Assembly: GCF_000737335.2 (NCBI RefSeq) | Contig: NZ_JMCC02000022.1 | Coordinates: 30,242 to 70,241 of the forward strand | Direction: 5' to 3' | Length of the DNA: 40,000 nt | Source of the DNA: Enhygromyxa salina | GTDB taxonomy: Bacteria > Myxococcota_A > Polyangia > Nannocystales > Nannocystaceae | Part shown: positions 35,801 to 40,000 of the stretch, piece by piece | How the letters are laid out: each line of letters opens with the position of its first letter | Numbering within the stretch: the first letter of the stretch is position 1 | The notes under the pieces: model-generated | Told to the model about the DNA's origin: nothing | What the model saw: only the letters and a program-made list of their open reading frames with translations | Database searches by the model: none | Made by a program: the position numbers and the translations under genes

Positions 35801-38800
35801 CGGCTTGCTGAGCACCGCAGACGCCGTCACGCCCGCGACCATCTCGGGCGTGATCGCCACTTCGACCACCGCGACGCCGCCGCGCACGTGCAGCTGATGG
35901 GTCTGGGCCAGGCCCTCGCGCTCGATCACCAAGAACCCGCTGGCCTCGTCGAAGGGCGAGCGGACCAGCAGCTTGGCCGTGTCACCGGGCTCATAGCTGG
36001 CTTTGTCCGCGACCAGATCGACGCGCTTGTCTTCGTCGTCCCAGACCACGGCGTCGTCGCCATGCACGTAGAGCTCGAGCACCGCGCGGTTGCTGCGGCC
36101 CTTCGCGTCGGTGATCTCGGCGACGACCTCGTGGGTGCCGGGCTCGCCCACTTTGACTTCGCACGCGACCGGCGTGGCCCCAGACGTGAGCGCGCAGGCG
36201 CTGGTCTTGGTCTCTTCGGTTGAATACGCGTAGGTCCAGACCCCCTGCTTTTGCACGGCTGTGCGGGTGGTGTCCTTGCGAATGACCTTCAGCGCGACGG
36301 GCACGTCGTGCACGCGCTTGCCCTCGACGTCGACGACCACGGCTTCAACCCGGGTCTGCTCGCCCTCGCGCAGCACGCTGCGCTCGGATCGAAGCCCCAC
36401 ATAGTAAGCGGCCGGATGCACGACGAAGCTGCCGTTGCCCGCGATCGCTTGGCGGTTCTCGTCGGTCACCGTCGCCGCGATCGAGAAGGTCGCCGCGACC
36501 GGCGGCGGATCGACCTTGGGCGCGTCCTCGGGATCCGGCTTGGCTGGCGGCGTCTGGCCCGGCAGCGGCGGCTCGACCTGCGCGAGCGCGTGGGTGACCT
36601 TCAAGATGCCCTGGGCGTCGAGCTGCTTGGACTTCGACTCGAGCTGCTGGGTGGGGTTCCAACCACCGCCCCAGTACTCGCCGCCGCGCCCGTAGCCGCC
36701 ATATCCGCCAAACCCATATCCGCGCCGGCCCGGCGACGCAGAGAAGTGAAACCCCGAGAGCCCCTCGGCCGGCGGGCGAAACTCCGTCGCTTGGCGCGAG
36801 AGCGTGTAGTGAACGTCGGCGCCGATCATTGGCGCACCAAACAGATAGCGACCGCGGATCTCGGCCTCGAGCTCGTCGCCAAAGTACAGCGGCGACGACT
36901 CTGCCCGCGCGACCTCGACCTCGAACTCGGGCGTGCGAAACGCCTCGACCGCGAAGTGGTGATAGAAAGTCTCGCTCGAGCCAAACAGCCCGTCGTGCTC
37001 GAGCTGAAACGTGTACGTGCCGGTGTCGCCGTTCTCGTCGGTCTGAATGTCGACCGCGAAGGTCCCAAATGCGCTGATCTTAAGCTCGCCCTTTTGGACC
37101 TCGACCCCGCGCTCGGTGCTGACCTGGTACTTGGCGGTGATCCCATTCCCCCACGGGATCACGGCGCCAGCGGGCCCGCGGGTCTCTTTGCGCACAACCC
37201 CCACGAGGTGAACGAGCTCCCCGGGCTTGTAGGGCTGACGCTCGGTGAAGATGAAGGCCCGGACCTGATCCTCGGCCTTGTCACCGTACAAGCGCGAGAC
37301 CCAGCGGCCCTCGAGATCGCTCCGATCCAGGGGCAAGAACGCCTCGTCGTTGCCCTGCTTGACCGCGAGCATCAAGGTGTACATGCGTTCGCTGCCAAGC
37401 TTGGGCCGCGCGACGCCCTTGGCGTCGGACTTGCCCTTCCAGACCTCCCGCGCGCCTTGATCCGTGAGCAGCCGGACCTCGGCCCCCGCGATCGGCTCGC
37501 CGGTGTCGAGCGCGGTCACCAGCGCGACCGCGTCGTGGCGATCCACAGCCGCGCTCACGCCAATGTTGGTCAGCTGAACGACCTGCCCCAGCGTGCTGCG
37601 CTCGGTCCAGCCCCAGCGCTTGTACTCTTCCGAGCGCAGCATGAGGTAGACGAAGGTATCGGTGCCATCAATGTAGTCGTCGAGGTCGAGGGTGATCGTC
37701 TGCTCTTCCTTGCGCGACTTCGAGACGTTGATCTTGTGGGTGTGCTGGGGGCTGCGAAGCTCCTCGGGCCACTTGTAGTCGTAGGCGGCCATGCCGTCGT
37801 GGCGGTGATAGCTGCCAAGCTCGGTGCTGTTGAAGGACGAGGCCATGACCTCGATCTCGCGCAGACCCGCGACCTTGATCTGGAGCGTATGACCAGCCTT
37901 GGCCTCGATGATCCCGGAGTGCTTGGCCATCGGCCACACGCGCAAGTTGGGCTCGAGCGGGCCAAGCTTGACCTTGGCCTTGTAGGGCTTGGCGAGCGCT
38001 TGTGCGTAGACGTCCTCGATCCCCGCGTCCACGCTGACCTCGTAGGTGGTGTCACCCATGAAGTCACCGCTCAGCTGGATGCCGTTCCAGCCCGCGTCGA
38101 TCTTCAGGTTGTCCACCGCGGGGCTGACGTGGACCTTGTCGATCACCCGCGCGTCACGGATCTGGTTGCTGGCGTCAATGATGATCCCATAGCTGGCCGA
38201 GCACGGCGACGAATCGCAGCGATGCGATGACAGCTTCAGCGGCGGATAGGTATGAAACGAGAACGACAGCTTGTCGCTGCGCAGCGGTCCCTCGCCGTAG
38301 ACGCCCGGGGGCAGCTCGACGGTGTACTTGGTGTTGGGCGCCAGCTTGGCGGTGGGGCGCAGCACGACCACCCGCGCGCGCTCCCACGCCTGCTCGCCGC
38401 CGATCACCGCCTGGCCAACCCAGGGATCGACGAACTTGGCCAGGTCCTCGTCGTTCCAGCGCGACTCCGGTATCAGCTCGAACGCCACCCGCTTCGAGCC
38501 GGCCTTCAAGCTCAGCGCCGAGGCGACCGCGGCCGCGTCGACGCCCTGGTTGAAGCGCAGCAAGATCGGCTGATCCAGCGCGACGTGGGTGGCCCCGTGT
38601 TGATGCGGCACGCTGCGATCGAGCGCCAGCTTTGGCGTGGAGATTGACCACTCGACCGGCTTCGCAAGCTCGGTCCCGTGGGTTGACTGGGTCCCCGCGG
38701 GGATCGTGATCTTGTAGTCGGTCGAGAACGGCAGCCGGCCGCTCGGGTAGAAGGCCAGCGTGCGCGTGCCCATCCAGCGAAACTCACCGTCGATCGCAGG

Positions 38801-39265
38801 CTCGATCTGCATCGGGGCCGTGAGCGCGCGCAGATCTTCGATCGACGCGAGCGGGACCATGGGGTGGTTGAACGACACCCGGATCGCATCAACCAGACCC
38901 TGATCGCCATCCGGGCCCTTGCGCAGGACCTCGAGCGGGCCGGTTGGTGGCTCGGAGATGCCGACCGCGTCGCTTGGCGGAGCCGGCGGCGGGAACGGCA
39001 GCTCGATCTCTTCGCCGACCTGCGCGGGCTTTTGCGGGCCGGGCTTGGGGACCAGCTCACCGTGGAGATCGGCCGCGCTTGGATCGAGGGGCGCGACGCC
39101 AGCCCAGAGGTCCAGCTCCACGACCGGCTCGGGCTCGGGCTCGGGCTCGGGCTGCTTCTTGGTGCACCCGACGAACACGAGTGCGAACACCACCAGCAAC
39201 AGAACGCTCGCGCGCCAACGTGGGGTGTGCTTCGACCGAGCAAAGACGGCTTGGGGTCCGCGCAT
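32819..39265 (-). CDS. Alpha-2-macroglobulin family lipoprotein (2148 aa) with a thioester motif
   Basis: Lipobox LVFVGC at the N-terminus. Repeated MG (macroglobulin) beta-sandwich-like modules follow. The thioester CSEQ sits in YPYECSEQTASRLL (nt 34388-34399, Cys at aa 1623), followed by a TED-like helical region. Gly-rich low-complexity inserts are GGYGGYGRGGEYWGGGW and GLVGTGRGGGGTGEG...GKGGGGGGSGSGYGRGSGAGFGGRG. Confidence 0.9.
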   Translation of the reverse strand: MRGPQAVFARSKHTPRWRASVLLLVVFALVFVGCTKKQPEPEPEPEPVVELDLWAGVAPLDPSAADLHGELVPKPGPQKPAQVGEEIELPFPPPAPPSDAVGISEPPTGPLEVLRKGPDGDQGLVDAIRVSFNHPMVPLASIEDLRALTAPMQIEPAIDGEFRWMGTRTLAFYPSGRLPFSTDYKITIPAGTQSTHGTELAKPVEWSISTPKLALDRSVPHQHGATHVALDQPILLRFNQGVDAAAVASALSLKAGSKRVAFELIPESRWNDEDLAKFVDPWVGQAVIGGEQAWERARVVVLRPTAKLAPNTKYTVELPPGVYGEGPLRSDKLSFSFHTYPPLKLSSHRCDSSPCSASYGIIIDASNQIRDARVIDKVHVSPAVDNLKIDAGWNGIQLSGDFMGDTTYEVSVDAGIEDVYAQALAKPYKAKVKLGPLEPNLRVWPMAKHSGIIEAKAGHTLQIKVAGLREIEVMASSFNSTELGSYHRHDGMAAYDYKWPEELRSPQHTHKINVSKSRKEEQTITLDLDDYIDGTDTFVYLMLRSEEYKRWGWTERSTLGQVVQLTNIGVSAAVDRHDAVALVTALDTGEPIAGAEVRLLTDQGAREVWKGKSDAKGVARPKLGSERMYTLMLAVKQGNDEAFLPLDRSDLEGRWVSRLYGDKAEDQVRAFIFTERQPYKPGELVHLVGVVRKETRGPAGAVIPWGNGITAKYQVSTERGVEVQKGELKISAFGTFAVDIQTDENGDTGTYTFQLEHDGLFGSSETFYHHFAVEAFRTPEFEVEVARAESSPLYFGDELEAEIRGRYLFGAPMIGADVHYTLSRQATEFRPPAEGLSGFHFSASPGRRGYGFGGYGGYGRGGEYWGGGWNPTQQLESKSKQLDAQGILKVTHALAQVEPPLPGQTPPAKPDPEDAPKVDPPPVAATFSIAATVTDENRQAIAGNGSFVVHPAAYYVGLRSERSVLREGEQTRVEAVVVDVEGKRVHDVPVALKVIRKDTTRTAVQKQGVWTYAYSTEETKTSACALTSGATPVACEVKVGEPGTHEVVAEITDAKGRSNRAVLELYVHGDDAVVWDDEDKRVDLVADKASYEPGDTAKLLVRSPFDEASGFLVIEREGLAQTHQLHVRGGVAVVEVAITPEMVAGVTASAVLSKPRTRVAGAPEDQDLGAPAAASGQVQLMVSKDSKTVVVEVEPEFDRVEPGTKLRVDLHTHAVDGESIPAAVALFVVDEGVLSLMGYQTPDPLSFFHYQRPGEVGLFADHSLVLPRDAQQQPKPSVGPTPDVPSADTGGLMGGEVGEAYGVGGLGLVGTGRGGGGTGEGTIGLGTTGLIGKGGGGGGSGSGYGRGSGAGFGGRGNMPAEAEKESKRKSAPGAMPPPAPSPARASTATTTLDANVAMAQEVSLRTLFATTAYFESELKTDAQGRASATIEMPENLTSFRIMAVAIDPDRPDRFGSGEASVRVRKTIMLRPSLPRFLNMGDQFEASVMVDNQSETTQAIMVGTRGVNVTMLGSVQDTLEIPPGESREVRFPMAVDGVGIMRLQFAALSNEGRDATQLDIPVLVPATKQAFADYGMTSASVQRQVQLPKDALPGFGGLDVSMSSTALNGLEDAVDFLVSYPYECSEQTASRLLPIFALGDVLNDFPIADVHDRARRDALARDGIERLFQRQNWDGGFTYWGDDKRRESWPYVSTWVTLALLEGKQAGYEVDEAKLGRAMAYLDSYVRNGVTTRWGTYYDWTTRAFALWLLSREDRGADLFDKVWAKRSQIPLYGRILLMSAAHRYKRKAPVEAVLAELEDLVIENARVIHFAESKTEAAGDGLAALMHSNTQTDAIALMALIELGQETGDEGMAPKIMAGLMSDRDPRSGGRWTTTHANAWALMAASRYYAAIESETPDYVARIWLDVMFAGEAKFEGRDMAKVNQQLPMRALLGQSVQSVTLAKEGPGKLYYRLGLRYAPADFHMDPVDRGFTVSRRYEALPEGGADKPDPNAVRQLDDGSWSVKAGTNVKVTLTLTVQDRANFVVVDDPLPGGFEGQNPRFSTSVGVSGGGANYDGGYDYDYGYRGYPYAEVSRGWWYPWFSFDHTQMRDDRMLLFADHLGAGVYTYSYTARATNLGTFVLPPVHAEAMYEPERFGHGSSSMVKIVQ

Positions 39266-39340
39266 GCCGGCATGATAGCGCGGCAGCGACGCGAGGGTGC
39301 GTGATTCAGGCGGACACTTGGAATCACCGGAGCGCTGGGT

Positions 39341-40000
39341 TCATGGTCGCCAGCGATCCTCGGGCAGCCCGAGCCCGCCCGAGAAGCGCCGGGGCTGATC
39401 CTTGTGATAGACCTTGGTCGGGATCAGCGTGACCTCGGGCAGGCTCTGCATCCCGTCTTCGTAGGCGGCGCACCACGCTTTGTAGTCGTCCCGCCACTCC
39501 TCGGCGCGGGCCTCGAGCTCCGCGCAGGTCCAGCTGCTGCCGGCCACCTGCTCGCTCGGCCGCGAGGCGCACCACGACTTCTTGTCGGCCCACAGCGCGG
39601 CTTCGGCCTTCATGTTCACGCACCAGGGATCCCGGCCCGCGAAGGGATCCGCGATGCCCTTGTCGGTCACGACCAGCGTGAGCTTGGCGCTCGCGCCAGT
39701 GTCCTTGACCGCCGCGTAGCAGCCGTCGGCCCAGCTCTGAAAGCTGGCGTCCAAGAAGATGTACTCGCGCACCTTCGCCGAGCCGCGCCGGGCAATGTTG
39801 AGCAGGGCGATCCCGCCAGCGCTGTGGCCCTCGGCGATCACGGCGTCGGGCAGCTTGCTCGCGTGAACCCCCAATTCGTCCACGAGCAGCGCCGTCACCT
39901 GTTCGTGGAGCTTGGCAAAGTCGTCGCGGTAGTCGGGCGGCGCGGCGGGATCCATCCACATGCGATCGTAGGCGACGTTGCTCCACCCGCGGTGGCCCGG
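39341..40000 (-). CDS. Alpha/beta-hydrolase-like protein, 5'-truncated by the window edge
   Basis: A nucleophile-elbow GHSAGG is present within ...DAVIAEGHSAGGIALLNI. The frame stays open from 39961 to nt 40000 (PGHRGWSNVAYDR precedes MWMD). I preferred it over the Arg-rich overlapping frame 39324-39986. Confidence 0.5.
   Translation of the reverse strand, partial: PGHRGWSNVAYDRMWMDPAAPPDYRDDFAKLHEQVTALLVDELGVHASKLPDAVIAEGHSAGGIALLNIARRGSAKVREYIFLDASFQSWADGCYAAVKDTGASAKLTLVVTDKGIADPFAGRDPWCVNMKAEAALWADKKSWCASRPSEQVAGSSWTCAELEARAEEWRDDYKAWCAAYEDGMQSLPEVTLIPTKVYHKDQPRRFSGGLGLPEDRWRP

Noticed and set aside
36251-38230. 659-aa ORF on the plus strand, along with other long ORFs inside 32819-39265
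   Set aside because: It is antisense to the alpha-2-macroglobulin gene, which has a lipobox, a thioester motif and one continuous 2148-aa frame. I saw no motifs in the antisense ORFs.
1-40000. Search by eye for rRNA, tRNA, CRISPR arrays, integrase or transposase genes and prophage structural modules
   Set aside because: I recognised none. The single tail-collar-domain gene has no neighbouring phage genes, so I do not call a prophage. I cannot exclude tRNA genes without a covariance-model scan, but there are few non-coding gaps long enough to hold one (19021-19203, 30052-30223 and 30740-31352), and I saw nothing tRNA-like in them.

Overview
This is a high-GC segment that looks myxobacterial, based on a MYXO-CTERM-type sorting tail and a giant lipoprotein alpha-2-macroglobulin. 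The left 23.4 kb (14-23372) is visibly less GC-rich than the rest and holds 11 tightly coupled genes. I read it as a divergent Dpd-type island, meaning a 7-deazaguanine DNA modification plus restriction system. It has three parts. (1) A plus-strand operon of five genes with overlapping or abutting stop and start codons: an SNF2/RapA-like helicase, a RecQ-like helicase, a 300-aa unknown, a 1099-aa P-loop NTPase and a 237-aa helical protein. This matches the DpdE-F-G-H-I order. (2) A convergent minus-strand operon encoding a PD-(D/E)xK RecB/TM0106-like nuclease and a 2147-aa protein that fuses an SF1 (Upf1/DNA2-like) helicase to an SF2 DEIH helicase with Zn-ribbons and a DUF1998-like C-terminal Cys cluster. 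(3) A divergent modification operon: folE2, a 312-aa unknown, a DpdA-like DNA transglycosylase and a DGQHR/ParB-like DpdB. What differs from the canonical island is the nuclease in place of a PLD effector, the extra SF1 module, the lack of a recognisable DpdC or QueCDE in the window, and the unknown 312-aa protein inside the modification operon. The right 16.6 kb carries pfkA, a hypothetical protein, a membrane-anchored protein with a proline-rich array of a short (D/P)xTxF(I/V) motif plus HEAT-like repeats, a secreted CotH-like protein with an acidic GDGDGDP repeat and a MYXO-CTERM-like tail, a phage-tail-collar (MdpB-like) protein, a serine beta-lactamase-family protein, a 2148-aa alpha-2-macroglobulin lipoprotein and a partial alpha/beta hydrolase. 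Between the tail-collar and beta-lactamase-family genes lie two tandem CTAG-bounded hairpins of about 166 nt. Every transition mismatch I could align in their stems is G:U-compatible on the + strand only, and their shared apex shows a compensatory change, so they are candidate structured RNAs or an unusual palindromic repeat. I recognised no rRNA, tRNA, CRISPR array, integrase or transposase. All domain calls come from motif recognition by eye and no HMM or BLAST search was possible.
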